A DNA stretch of 64,000 nt from Diplonema japonicum. Lineage: Eukaryota > Protista > Euglenozoa: Diplonemea. Shown piece after piece: positions 1 to 10,892 of the stretch. The stretch is taken from assembly GCA_964019335.1 (NCBI GenBank), contig OZ025662.1, positions 434,001-498,000 on the forward strand. Reading direction: 5' to 3'. Position numbers and translations under genes: made by a program. Numbering within the stretch: the stretch's first letter is position 1; each line of letters opens with the position of its first letter. Below the pieces are notes generated by a model that made no database searches, was not told the origin of the DNA, and was given only the letters and a program-made list of their open reading frames with translations.

Positions 1-452
1 GATGTAGATTTTACATAGATTAGAATTTATTGCCGGTTTTATTATCCCCCCCCCCCCTTTATTATTTCTTTCTGAAAATTGGCAAAACATAAAATAAGAA
101 GTCCGCCATTAACTGCCCTTCCTTATCAGTGCCATTCTGAGAAGCCACGAAATCGTGAAGATCCCCCGGCGGCTTCTGCTTTCGAGTGGTGGTTCCGCAA
201 ACCGTGCTTTCTGCATGCCAGCTCGTGCGCCTGTCGGAGAACTCCTTTTCCGACCGGGTCTGGTACTGCTCTCGGAGCTTCTCGGCCTTCAGGTCCCTCT
301 GGCCTTCATTGGTCGGGCAGAGGATCATAGCATTCCCTACCGCGAACCCTGGGCTTGGGTGGTGCTTCAATTAACAAATTCACTGACATTTTACCAGGTT
401 TTGTGCAAGTTCCTGGGGGGTATAGGAAGGTACACAAAAAAAAAAGGAGAAA

Positions 453-2678
453 ATGGGAGGCAAAAAAGGAGGAAAGGGCGGTGGGAAAGGTGGAAAGGGC
501 GGCGGGAAAGGAGGTGGAATAGGAGGAAAAGGGAAGAAGGGCGCCACCGCGGTATCATTCCCGAAGTCAGACAAGATGAAGCGAAGGATGGATAGGAAGG
601 ACGCGAGAAAGGCAAAGAAGACAGCCAAGGACGTCTACGCAAGAAGACACAGCAAAACGAAGCAGGACGAGCCGACACCCCCCGCTCTCGAAGCGACGAA
701 AGTTACAGCAAAACCCGAAGAAACAACACCTGTACTGAAGCAGAAGAAGGTAATGAAGAGGAGGCTTGTCGTACTAATGGACAACCCCACCGAGAATATC
801 ACGAAGAAGAAGAAAGTAACCTTTGAAACAGATGTAGAAGAGAAACCAGAAGAAGAAGTCGAGATAGAAGAAGAAAAAGAAGAAGAAGAAGAGGAAAAGC
901 CCGAAGAACCAAAACCAGCAGCATATGTCCCTCCTTCTTTAAGAGCGAAGATGGCCGCAGCGCCAGACGACGAGCTGCGTCTCAAGATCCGTGCGCTTCT
1001 CAACAAGACATCTTTGGACAACCTGAAGCACATGGTGAAAGACGTTTCCGCGGTTAGCGATGGTGTCTCGAAGCACGACTTCAGCACAGTTCTCTCAAGG
1101 GGGCTTGTCGGTTCGGTGTGTGACCCTATCCGTTTGAACTCTGCCTTCATCTTCCCCTACGCCGCGCTTGTCAAGATCGTCGCTGCAATGGTGAACGACG
1201 GTGTGTCTGCTGCACTGTGTGCTTGCCTCTGCAGTACCTTGAAAGCCTTCATCGAGGCTTCCGACAGAACACGCGCCATAAACGCTATTCTGTTTTTCGT
1301 CCATCTCCACGCTACTGGAGTCATCGACTCCACCCTCATCAACAGTATCATCAGAATGCTGTGCAGATCCCTCGATCAGGAGCTGCACACGGAGCTTCTT
1401 GTTGTCCTTGTCTCGGTAGGCGGTGCGACTCTTCGTTCCGAGAACCCCACCGCACTGCGCGACGTCATCGCATACGCGCAGAGCAAACTCCAAAAAATGG
1501 ACGAGTCAAAGATTGCAGGGGGCACAGTGAGGGGCCGCATTCTCAAGGACCTTCTCGAGTCCATGCGGTCTGCAAAGGGGCAGAAATCCTTCGGCGTTCA
1601 GGAGCGTAAAATGGACACCACCGCACGCGACCTCACAGCAAAGATCTCCGGAGGAATCCTCGCTTCGATGAAGATAAAACACCCCATAGTCCACAAGGTG
1701 ACGTGGAACCAATGCATGGGGGAGAAGAAGGGAATGTGGTGGCTGGACATCGCAAAAGGTCTCGCAAAGGAGGTGGAAGACTCAGAAGACGACGAAGATC
1801 TACCAATGGAAGATGACGAGGAAGAAATGCCCGAAGGAGAAGAAATGGAGGAGGAAGAAGAAGAAGAAACACCAGAAGAAGAAATGGAAGAAGAAGAAGA
1901 AGAAGAAGAAGAAGCAACGCACAACAACAAACGATCAATCCAAGAAATCGCCGCCGGGCATCGCCTGCTAAACACGCCATTGAAACGAAGCATCTTTAGG
2001 TGCGTGGCGGGGTCGGACGACTCAGCTGACTGTTTGCATCAAATTGCAATGTTGGGCCTGAAGGCGGAACAGGAAAAAGACGCTGTACTTGTACTGCTGC
2101 ACTGCGTGATGCATGAACAGGTCTACAATGGGTTCTATTTGAACGTATTGAGAAACTTGATGGGGAAGCACAGAAGATGGAGATACACGGTCATGTTCAC
2201 AGTGTGGGATAGGTGGGCGGGGATCAACGATGGGAAGCTCCGAATCAGCGAGTGTATCAACATTTCAATTGTTTTCGGGAGTTTGGTGAAGATTGGTAAG
2301 GCGTCTGTGACTGCGTTGAAGGGTGTCAGGTGGGATAAATCGATGAACCCTCCCCTTACAATGTGCATGAAGATCCAATTTATCGTTCTGTGCCTGATAA
2401 ACAGTACTGGTCTTTCTGAGATGTTCTCGCAGCTAGCTAAGTCCGTTGATCTCGAGACCCTGCGGACTACTCTGCAGAAGTGGCTCAATGTGACGTTTCT
2501 TACAGACGTACCTGCCCGTGTTTCGTTCATTGCGCAGTTCCTTTCCTTCCTCCTCCCCCCTCTCGGGACCGACCTCGATCTCCCTCAAGGTGCCACCAAA
2601 GAAGCCATCGTGAAGCTCGTCGGCGTTCGGCTGCAGAAGATACATGACGCGCTTGAGCAAGTTATCAATTATGACTGA
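453..2678 (+). CDS. NOM1: Nucleolar MIF4G + MA3 domain protein (NOM1/Sgd1 family)
   Basis: 741-aa ORF. Basic G/K-rich N-terminus, 'YVPPSLR' followed by 'IRALLNKTSLDNL' (MIF4G start), 'LRSENPTALRDVI', an acidic linker, then MA3-like 'LLNTPLKRSIFRCVAGSDD...LLHCVMHEQVYNGFY...FTVWD'. Confidence 0.85.
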   Translation: MGGKKGGKGGGKGGKGGGKGGGIGGKGKKGATAVSFPKSDKMKRRMDRKDARKAKKTAKDVYARRHSKTKQDEPTPPALEATKVTAKPEETTPVLKQKKVMKRRLVVLMDNPTENITKKKKVTFETDVEEKPEEEVEIEEEKEEEEEEKPEEPKPAAYVPPSLRAKMAAAPDDELRLKIRALLNKTSLDNLKHMVKDVSAVSDGVSKHDFSTVLSRGLVGSVCDPIRLNSAFIFPYAALVKIVAAMVNDGVSAALCACLCSTLKAFIEASDRTRAINAILFFVHLHATGVIDSTLINSIIRMLCRSLDQELHTELLVVLVSVGGATLRSENPTALRDVIAYAQSKLQKMDESKIAGGTVRGRILKDLLESMRSAKGQKSFGVQERKMDTTARDLTAKISGGILASMKIKHPIVHKVTWNQCMGEKKGMWWLDIAKGLAKEVEDSEDDEDLPMEDDEEEMPEGEEMEEEEEEETPEEEMEEEEEEEEEATHNNKRSIQEIAAGHRLLNTPLKRSIFRCVAGSDDSADCLHQIAMLGLKAEQEKDAVLVLLHCVMHEQVYNGFYLNVLRNLMGKHRRWRYTVMFTVWDRWAGINDGKLRISECINISIVFGSLVKIGKASVTALKGVRWDKSMNPPLTMCMKIQFIVLCLINSTGLSEMFSQLAKSVDLETLRTTLQKWLNVTFLTDVPARVSFIAQFLSFLLPPLGTDLDLPQGATKEAIVKLVGVRLQKIHDALEQVINYD

Positions 2679-2680
2679 GG

Positions 2681-2714
<34 letters not shown>

Positions 2715-2762
2715 CGAAAAAAAAAAAGTGTGATTCCCCAAATCAAGGAAACAAAAAGGGGA

Positions 2763-2810
<48 letters not shown>

Positions 2811-2931
2811 GATATCAATTTGTTTGGAGAGGATGAAATGATTTTTTTTTTTGTCTTCGTATTAAAAAAAAAAAAAAGTGAAACAAGAAAAGAAAAAAAG
2901 ACAGGGGATTTTAAAAAAAAAAAGAAGAAAA

Positions 2932-3877
2932 ATGTTCCTCCGCCGTGCGGGAATGAGATGGTGCAGCACTTCGGTGTGGAGCAAGGAGAGGGAGTGCTAT
3001 CTGAAGAAGATGGAAAAGGAGGGGAAGGAAGCGGTAGTACTGGCCATGAACAGGCCGTCGAGGAAGAATGCTTTTGGGAGGGTGATGTTAAAGGAGTTCA
3101 GGGAATGTTTGGACGAGTGCACAAAGGACAGCAATATCAGAAGCTTGATTCTTTTGAGCGAAGTGGGGGGTGTGTTCTCGGCGGGTGCGGACTTGAAGGA
3201 GAGGAAGGAAATGTCTCAGAACGAAGCCTCGAAGTTCGTCACGATGCTCCGCACCACATTCAGCGAGCTTGAGGACCTCCGCTGCCCTACCATCGCTGTT
3301 ATCCATGGGGTTGCACTTGGCGGAGGGCTTGAACTAGCTCTAGCTTGCGACATGCGTGTGTGCACCGATAGCTCCAAGGTTGGCGTCCCTGAAACTGGCC
3401 TTGCCATCATCCCTGGTGCTGGTGGGACTCAACGTCTCCCTCGTGTCGTTGGTATCCCTAGGGCTATGGAGATGATATGCACTGCCGATCCGGTATGTTA
3501 GACAAAAAAAAAAAAAAAAGAGAGAGAGAAAAAAACTTTTTTTTTTAAAAAAAGATAAACGGCAAGCGAGCGGAAACCATCGGTCTCGTCAACCACAGCG
3601 AGACGCACTTGGAGGACGCTTTGGATACTGCACTCGCAATCGCCTCCCGGATCGCTCGCAACGGGCCCCTCGCGGTGCAGAACGCGAAGCGTGCTGTCAA
3701 GGATGTATGGCTGCCAAATATTTTATAAAAATTCACCCGCAGGGCATGGATCTCCCCCTCAAGGAAGCGATGGAGGTCGAGAAAGCCTGCTACGCGAACA
3801 TCCTGACCACCCAGGACCGTGTCAGAGGCCTAACGGCGTTCGCGAAGCGCGAAACCCCTGTTTACGAGGGCAATTAA
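2932..3877 (+). CDS. AUH: Enoyl-CoA hydratase/crotonase family, methylglutaconyl-CoA hydratase (AUH)-like, probably mitochondrial; 3 exons
   Basis: Motifs FSAGADLKER, ALGGGLELALACD, ETGLAIIPGAGGTQRLPR. Removing GT-AG introns 3493-3554 (62 nt) and 3705-3742 (38 nt) restores 'INGKRAETIGLVNH...NGPLAVQNAKRAV..GMDL...DRVRGLTAFAKRETPVYEGN*' (281 aa). Arg-rich N-terminus MFLRRAGMRWCS. Confidence 0.9.
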
Positions 3878-4015
3878 ATAAAAAAATAATAACCCTAGGT
3901 TAATCAAACACAAAAAACGTACCCCCCCCCCCCCCCCTCTCCATCCCACCTTTTTTTTTTAATCCAGAAAAAAAAGAAAGAAGCAGAAAAAAAAAACAAC
4001 ATTTTAAGGAATCAT

Positions 4016-6013
4016 ATGAATGTTGCATGTGCGAATAGGTACGATGAAGGCGGGCAGACCATTAGCGGGTTGATAAAGGTGAGGAGGGGGACCGGGATTG
4101 TAATTGGGGACGGGAGAGTTGTGAAGAACAGCGGAAGGGGTCTGGAAAAGGGGATGAAAATCGAAGAAGTAAACGGCAAGCCCGCCGAGAACCTGAACTG
4201 GGCTTTGAACAACAACAACGACGGCCCGGCGGTATACGTCACCCAAAAGGTCCCTAAGAAATTAATCTGCGAGTGGGACGGCAACAAGACTATCTTCCAC
4301 CTAAACGCCTCAAGTACCATGCCCATCTATCAAAACCTTGAATTACATCTTCAAATTGAACACGATGGGTCTCGATACATAATGCTGGACATGGACAGCA
4401 GTGCACGAATAGCTGCTGCGACAAAACCCTCTCTTCTACCTCATTATTCGACATGGGACACGCATCGATTGGTAACGATGCACGTTTCTACATTATTTCG
4501 AAAAACAACAGTAGTTACGTGCATGGTAGCCACCGGGATGGCGGTCATTGTCCTGAGTACGTCTCGCCCCCCTGAGACGCAAGTTGAACGAGCTGTTAAA
4601 ACGTCTTCGAATCAACGGAAAGGCCTTTTTATTCTGTTCGGAGCGGTTGTGTCTTCTGTTGACTTACCTTACCCTGTGAACCTGATACGGTGTTTGTCGG
4701 TGATGTTGGGGATTAAGATGGTTGTGTCCCCGCCGTGTCCTCGAAGGGATGTTTTCGTTAGAAGGAAGCATCCCATGCCAAAAACATGGAGTGAGGTTTT
4801 GCAGGGCGACGACGATCCTGTCTTCACCCCCGCCCCGAGCAAGGCTCCCCCGGTTGTTATTGTCCCCCCGCCGCGACCCGTTGTCAAACCAACCATAACA
4901 CCAGCCCAACAAAAAAAACCCCCCACGAAAAAAAAACATCGCAAGAAACTTGGTTCCGTTTGGCACAGTTGGGATGGGTTCGACACGCAACGGCTGTTAA
5001 CAGGGATACGAGGGGTTATATGGGGACTACGAGTGCAGAAGAATGTTAACAGCACCAAGATCGCGATGCGCTTGAACCAGATTAGAAACATGTCGGAATC
5101 TTTTGTTTTTCTGAAGTACTTCACCCCATGGATGGCCCGGTGCAGTGCGATTGTCAAAAACGCGCAGAGAAGAAAGAAGCTGATGGAAATGCTGGAACCA
5201 CGTGCCATCCTTCGCCGCCTTCGCTACAATTATGAAAAACTGCTGAGGTACCACCACGTGCGTGTGTTCTCCAGGATCGGTTCACAGGCGTTGCTGATGA
5301 ACACCTACCGGATCCTCCACACTTATTCCGTTTACAGCAAGAAGAAAAAGCGCGGGCTTTTGAAATCGCAAAAGATCAACGTGATGGAGCACTGTTCGCT
5401 GCTCGGCGTGCAGCACCGAGCATATTACAGATGGAGAAGGTGGAGTTTCGACCGCATGGAACCCCTGCTGAGAAAAAGAATGATACACAACTGGGAAGCG
5501 GAGAACACCTTGTTTGTGATGGAGTTCAGGGACACTGTCGAGGCTGACAACGAACTCTCGGCGCTTCGACTGCTGTTCGCTTGCGCGACGTCTTACTTCA
5601 GTGATGCTACAAACTCTCTTTATGCAGTGGAACAAGGTATATCGCACTGGAAGAGACGCGTCACGAAGTCCAGAAGAGCAATGTACAAGGTGGTGATCTG
5701 CAATGTGCGGACAGCATCTGTCATCAGGAACTACTTTCTCACCTGGCTCCGCTGGGCTCTCATCTCCTCTCAGCGGAAAACTGTCTCCCCGGGTTCCCGT
5801 GCGAAGCCTACCAAATCGAGGTTCAAGCTGCTCATCGCTAGCACCACAGAGAAGTCTTCAACGATACTTCTATCCCGCTACTTCAGCACCTTACTTCGTT
5901 TCAGCGCCTTGATTCGATCGCCCAGCCCTCCTGAAGTACTCGCTTTACCCCCAAACACTTATTGTTCTTGTCATGGCTTACCACTTGTCGCCTGTTCTCT
6001 TTTCCAAGAGTGA
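4016..6013 (+). CDS. Hypothetical protein, basic, with Trp-containing helical repeats in the C-terminal half
   Basis: 665-aa ORF on the coding strand with non-homopolymeric composition. No family recognised with confidence. Confidence 0.6.
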   Translation: MNVACANRYDEGGQTISGLIKVRRGTGIVIGDGRVVKNSGRGLEKGMKIEEVNGKPAENLNWALNNNNDGPAVYVTQKVPKKLICEWDGNKTIFHLNASSTMPIYQNLELHLQIEHDGSRYIMLDMDSSARIAAATKPSLLPHYSTWDTHRLVTMHVSTLFRKTTVVTCMVATGMAVIVLSTSRPPETQVERAVKTSSNQRKGLFILFGAVVSSVDLPYPVNLIRCLSVMLGIKMVVSPPCPRRDVFVRRKHPMPKTWSEVLQGDDDPVFTPAPSKAPPVVIVPPPRPVVKPTITPAQQKKPPTKKKHRKKLGSVWHSWDGFDTQRLLTGIRGVIWGLRVQKNVNSTKIAMRLNQIRNMSESFVFLKYFTPWMARCSAIVKNAQRRKKLMEMLEPRAILRRLRYNYEKLLRYHHVRVFSRIGSQALLMNTYRILHTYSVYSKKKKRGLLKSQKINVMEHCSLLGVQHRAYYRWRRWSFDRMEPLLRKRMIHNWEAENTLFVMEFRDTVEADNELSALRLLFACATSYFSDATNSLYAVEQGISHWKRRVTKSRRAMYKVVICNVRTASVIRNYFLTWLRWALISSQRKTVSPGSRAKPTKSRFKLLIASTTEKSSTILLSRYFSTLLRFSALIRSPSPPEVLALPPNTYCSCHGLPLVACSLFQE

Positions 6014-6148
6014 TTATGTTTTTTTTTTTTTTATAGCTATTGTATTTTGCGAGAGAGAGAAAAAAAAGAAAAATCAAAAAAAAAAAAAAAGAAAAAAAAA
6101 AAAAAAAAAAACAACCAGGGAATCTAGCAGAACTTCAAAGTCAACAAA

Positions 6149-6579
6149 ATGGTGCAGGGTTACAAGCCTAAGAACAAGAAGGAGAACCGCCCCGAGCTTC
6201 TCACCATCGACACCACTGTGCACATGCACAAGTACCTCAAGGGCCGCACCTTCAAGAAGAGGGCCCCTTTCGCGGCCAAGGTGGTCAGGAAGGTCGCCAA
6301 GCAGTTCATGGGTACTGAGGACAACCGCATTGAGGTTAGGCTGAACAAGGCCATCTGGTCCAAGGGTATCAAGGGTTGCCCCACCCGCATCCGTGTGAGG
6401 CTCGAGAGGAAGAGGAACGAGGACGACGACGCCAAGCACGAGCTGTACACGGTATGGGAAAAAAATAGAAATAAAAAAAAAAAAAAACATTTATCTACAA
6501 GGTGGCCTCGTTCATCCGTCTTCCCCGTGACGGCTTCAAGGGGCTCATGACCCAGCGTGTCAGCAACGACGAGGAATAG
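6149..6579 (+). CDS. RPL31: 60S ribosomal protein L31 (eL31), copy 1; 2 exons
   Basis: 'TVHMHKYLKGRTFKKRAP...FMGTEDNRIEVRLNKAIWSKGI...PTRIRVRLERKRNEDDDA'. Intron 6452-6501 (50 nt, GTATGG..AAG) gives C-terminus 'VASFIRLPRDGFKGLMTQRVSNDEE*'. Confidence 0.95.
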
Positions 6580-6697
6580 AATAGTTCTCTCTATCTGTCA
6601 GTGGTTGTTATTTTGATACTCAAGTGCTTTTAAAAGAAAGGGGTTTATTCATACCGATCTACAGGTTCTCTAGTTCGTCAAAACTAAACTTAACAAA

Positions 6698-7128
6698 ATG
6701 GTGCAGGGTTACAAGCCTAAGAACAAGAAGGAGAACCGCCCCGAGCTTCTCACCATCGACACCACTGTGCACATGCACAAGTACCTCAAGGGCCGCACCT
6801 TCAAGAAGAGGGCCCCGTTCGCGGCCAAGGTGGTCAGGAAGGTCGCCAAGCAGTTCATGGGTACTGAGGACAACCGCATTGAGGTTAGGCTGAACAAGGC
6901 CATCTGGTCCAAGGGTATCAAGGGTTGCCCCACCCGCATCCGTGTGAGGCTCGAGAGGAAGAGGAACGAGGACGACGACGCCAAGCACGAGCTGTACACG
7001 GTATGGGAAAAAAATAGAAATAAAAAAAAAAAAAAACATTTATCTACAAGGTGGCCTCGTTCATCCGTCTTCCCCGTGACGGCTTCAAGGGGCTCATGAC
7101 CCAGCGTGTCAGCAACGACGAGGAATAG
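6698..7128 (+). CDS. RPL31: 60S ribosomal protein L31 (eL31), copy 2; 2 exons
   Basis: Tandem copy at a 549-nt offset with intron 7001-7050. Same protein as copy 1. Confidence 0.95.
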
Positions 7129-7380
7129 AATGTAATGTTGGAATTATGTTTTTTCACCCCCCCCCCACCCCCGGTTTTTTTTTTTCGTTGGTTTATGTCC
7201 CCCCATTTCACCACCCCCGCCCTAGTGATCATTTTTTCCTTTTTTTTTTTCTTCTCTGTTTTTCTTCTGGGGCTCATCGGCAAAACAAAAAGGGAGGGGG
7301 GAGGGGGGGGGGACGGAGAAAGGGGGGTCAGGGGGGGGAAGACCCTGGTGCAACACGACAACAAAAAAAAAGGGGGGGAA

Positions 7381-8669
7381 ATGTCGGGGAAAATAGTTAA
7401 AAGAACGTCGCCCATCTCCAGGTCAACGGTGACGGGGGGTACCCTACGGGACACCGTACACTTGCGAGAGAGGGAAAGCAGCAGCCACGTGTGCCACGAG
7501 GACCCGACCCGGTTACTGGTCACGAAGGAAGCAACACAACCACCACCACCACCACCACAAGCCCAAACGAACGAGGCAAAGCAATGCCTCGAGGAATGTA
7601 TCATATGTACTGAGGTATTTTTTTTTTTTTTAAAGATTTTTGTTTCCCCCAACAGGAGATCAAACTGTGGGCTACGTATTCAAATTGCGGCCATGCAGTA
7701 TGTTGGGTCTGCGCGTTGCGAATGATGGCGAACAAGAGAAAGAGAATGCTACACCGCTGCTGCTACTGCAAAAGGGGCTCGAAAAAGATTTTCATAGGGT
7801 CACGGAAGGTTCCCCCATACGAGGGGAAAACACTGACGACAATACCATTCAGAGAACGGGGCATCCACGCAGACTGCCTGGACCAAGACGCCTTCGACCG
7901 CGTCTTGGAAGTCACCGTCATCATGTGCAAGGTCTGCGACCGTTCTATGTACGACTACGCAGAACTGACAGCCCACACAAGACGTGCCCACGGCCTGTCA
8001 ATATGCGATGTTTGCGTAAAAAACCGCCCGTTATTCATCAGAGAGCACCAACTGTTCACAGCAAAAGATCTAAGCGCGCACATATCAACTAAGCACCGTG
8101 ACAAGTCAGAGGTGAACCACGGTCATCCTATATGTTATCTATGCGGGAAGTACAATTATGATGGGCAGGCTTTGCTGTCCCACGTGCAGTCACGGCATGT
8201 TATGTGTGGGCTGTGTGATCGCAATGGGACAGAGTGGGTTTTCTTCAAGGATCTCAAAACGTTGCTGCAGCACTGCAGGGCGAAGCATGCTTTGTGCGAA
8301 GCTTGTGCGTCGGCTGGGTTGTATGACCGGGCTATTTTCTCTTCATACAGTGAGCTGTCGGCACATGAGAGGAACTGCCCCACTACTTCGTACTTCTCGT
8401 CTTTCAGGCGGGCACTGGCGCCGGGTGACTCTAGGTTTAAGAAGCATCCCACTGGGTTGCGGTTGTTGATGTCCACGAACGGGTGGGCCATGGAGCGGCC
8501 CACAGGCTGGACCAACAGCAAAATAAAAGGTCCCAACCATACCTCCGAATGGCTGTCCTCTCAACTTCGGAAAAACCCGGCTACAAGCCCCACAAGCAGA
8601 CCAGTACGAAGGGCGAGCAGGCCCCATAGTTACGGAACTACCAGCACAGCAAGTACCGTAAGTCGCAGG

Positions 8670-8672
<3 letters not shown>
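7381..8672 (+). CDS. ZNF598: RING + C2H2 zinc-finger E3 ubiquitin ligase of the ZNF598/Hel2 family; 2 exons
   Basis: Intron 7615-7655 (41 nt) joins 'CIICTE' to 'EIKLWATYSNCGHAVCWVCALRM...CCYCK' (RING). This is followed by 'CDVCVKNRPLFIREHQLFT', 'GHPICYLC' and 'HVMCGLCD'. The 3' end is less certain. Confidence 0.85.
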
Positions 8673-8704
<32 letters not shown>

Positions 8705-9171
8705 TGTTTGTGCGCACGAGCGGTATTAAAAAAAAAAAAACAAGGAAAAGAAGGAGAAGAAGAAAAAAAAAAGAAACTCTCGTCCTCTCCCCCCACATTT
8801 TTTTTTTTGTAATATTGTTCCTCCCTCCAAAATACCCGCTAGTGTCATGGTACTAAGCGAATTTGGGGGGGGGGGGGGACTTCTTCTTGCTTTTGTTTTT
8901 TTTTTAACCATCAACGGATCATGAGGCCCGGTTTTTCTTTAAAAAAAAAGCCCAAGGAATAGATGTGAACGTTTCTGCGCGATATCGATTATCGAGTACG
9001 ACTCTGAAGAAGAAGAAAAAAAAAAGGATTTTTCTGTGTTCACTTCTTACAGCCAGTAGGTGCTGGTCCGTTTATGGTTTTAAAAAAAAAAAAGAAAAAA
9101 AAGAAAAAGAATTTTATCTCTTCAAGATGAAACCGGTCCCTCTACCGACAACAGTAACCATATCATAATCT

Positions 9172-9214
<43 letters not shown>

Positions 9215-10110
9215 GGAGGGAGAGAGAGAGAGATGGTAAGTTGTACCTAGTCAGTGAGCACTTGGTATATAGCTAGCAATCTTGTATGACACTATAGCTA
9301 ATACTGGTCATATTTTCATTGTAAAATGTTTGTGCTTCTTGAAGCTTTCTTCTTTTTTTCTTCTTGCCCATGAAATGGGAGGGGTGGCACAACCCCAAGT
9401 CTCAATATCTCTACTCCCCCTCCCCCCTTTTTTTTTGTTCTTATTTCTGATTGGTTCCCTAATCCCCTTCCGTTTAAACATTAGTCAAAAGAGAATTTTT
9501 TTATTTAAATCCGCTCTCCCCCCTTTTTTTTTTAATGTAGGAGTAGATACAAGGAGCTTAATGAAGTAAAAATAAAAAAAAAAGAATTGTGAAAAAAGAA
9601 AAGAAAGCAAAAGCAAGCAAGGGCGAAGTTGCTGCTATTCCACGAAGCAGGAGGGAGGGGGGGAGAAAAAAAGAGAAAAAAGATGGCATATTTCTCACCT
9701 CACAAAAATTCTAAAGGTGTCTTATTATTTAAAAAAGTAGAGCCCTATCTACCCCCCCCCCCCCCCCCCCCCGTTCACTTTTTCATTCTTAATTCCTCTT
9801 GGACCATGTGGCCCGGTATTCTTATAGTCAGTTACACAAATAGTTTTATTTAAAGTAAAAATACAAAACATGCATGCAAAGTAGGAAAGAAAAAGAGGGG
9901 GGGGATACACCCCCTTTAACATATTATATTGGGGGGGGGGGGGGGGGGGGGGCGACATCTGGTTTGCCTTTTTATTTTCTTTTTTTCTATTTACTTCTGT
10001 CTTCCCGTTCACTTTTCTCCCCCCCCCCCTGCCCTGTTCCACTCTGTTTTATAGCCCGTTTTTTTTTTAAAAAAGGAAAAAGAGCAAAAAAAAAAAAGAA
10101 GAAAAAAACT

Positions 10111-10143
<33 letters not shown>

Positions 10144-10338
10144 AAAACCCTTTTTTTCAATACTTTTTCGTAACCCGTGACACTAGCGCGACACCGACCT
10201 TTATTTTTTATTTTCTTGCTTTATTTTTTATTTTCCACCTTTTTCTTTTTCTTTTTTGCGCGTCTTTCTGAAGACAGCCACGCCGCTTTATTTTTAAAAA
10301 AAGATTATTTCCACACTGCCCTCTCTCCTCCTCTCCCA

Positions 10339-10374
<36 letters not shown>

Positions 10375-10535
10375 GGACACCCATTGTCGCAAACCCGCAT
10401 TCATATATTATTATTCTGTTAACTTATTCTTTTTTTTTTCTTCTTCTTGTTTTTTGTGCTTTACACTCCCTTTTAAAAAAAAAAAAAAGCAAAGGCGAAG
10501 GGGCGAGGGAAACAAAAAAATAAAAAAATAAAGAA

Positions 10536-10772
10536 ATGCCCGATTTTGACATAGCGACCATGCTGGGTCTCGAAGGCGAGGATATCACAAAGGAGAAATA
10601 TTTAGAGAAGGTAACTGAGGTGTTTGGTGATGAATTGTTCAATCTTCGGCAGAACAACTGGGACGAAGGAAAAGTTGCGTTGTTGGTGGACAGCCTGGAA
10701 ACGGGCCGGAGAGTGTGGGGAGATCCACTGGATGTACCGCCGCCTTCGGTGCCAAAAAATCTACAAAATTGA
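10536..10772 (+). CDS. Small protein resembling the ribosome-assembly protein 3 (Rsa3) domain
   Basis: 78-aa ORF. 'KYLEKVTEVFGDELFNLRQ...KVALLVDSLETG' matches the pattern I recall for the RSA3 domain (YL..vT..F.DeL..LR....ll...L..G). Confidence 0.55.
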   Translation: MPDFDIATMLGLEGEDITKEKYLEKVTEVFGDELFNLRQNNWDEGKVALLVDSLETGRRVWGDPLDVPPPSVPKNLQN

Positions 10773-10856
10773 AGTGAAAGGGGTGATCAAAAAAAAAAGA
10801 AGTTTTTTTTTTTTTTTTTTTTCCCCTACTATCTGGATTGTTACAAAGAGAGCGGG

Positions 10857-10889
<33 letters not shown>

Positions 10890-10892
<3 letters not shown>

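Noticed and set aside
62-370. Minus-strand 102-aa ORF in a GC-balanced island, possibly a transposon remnant
   Set aside because: No recognisable motif or convincing terminal repeats.
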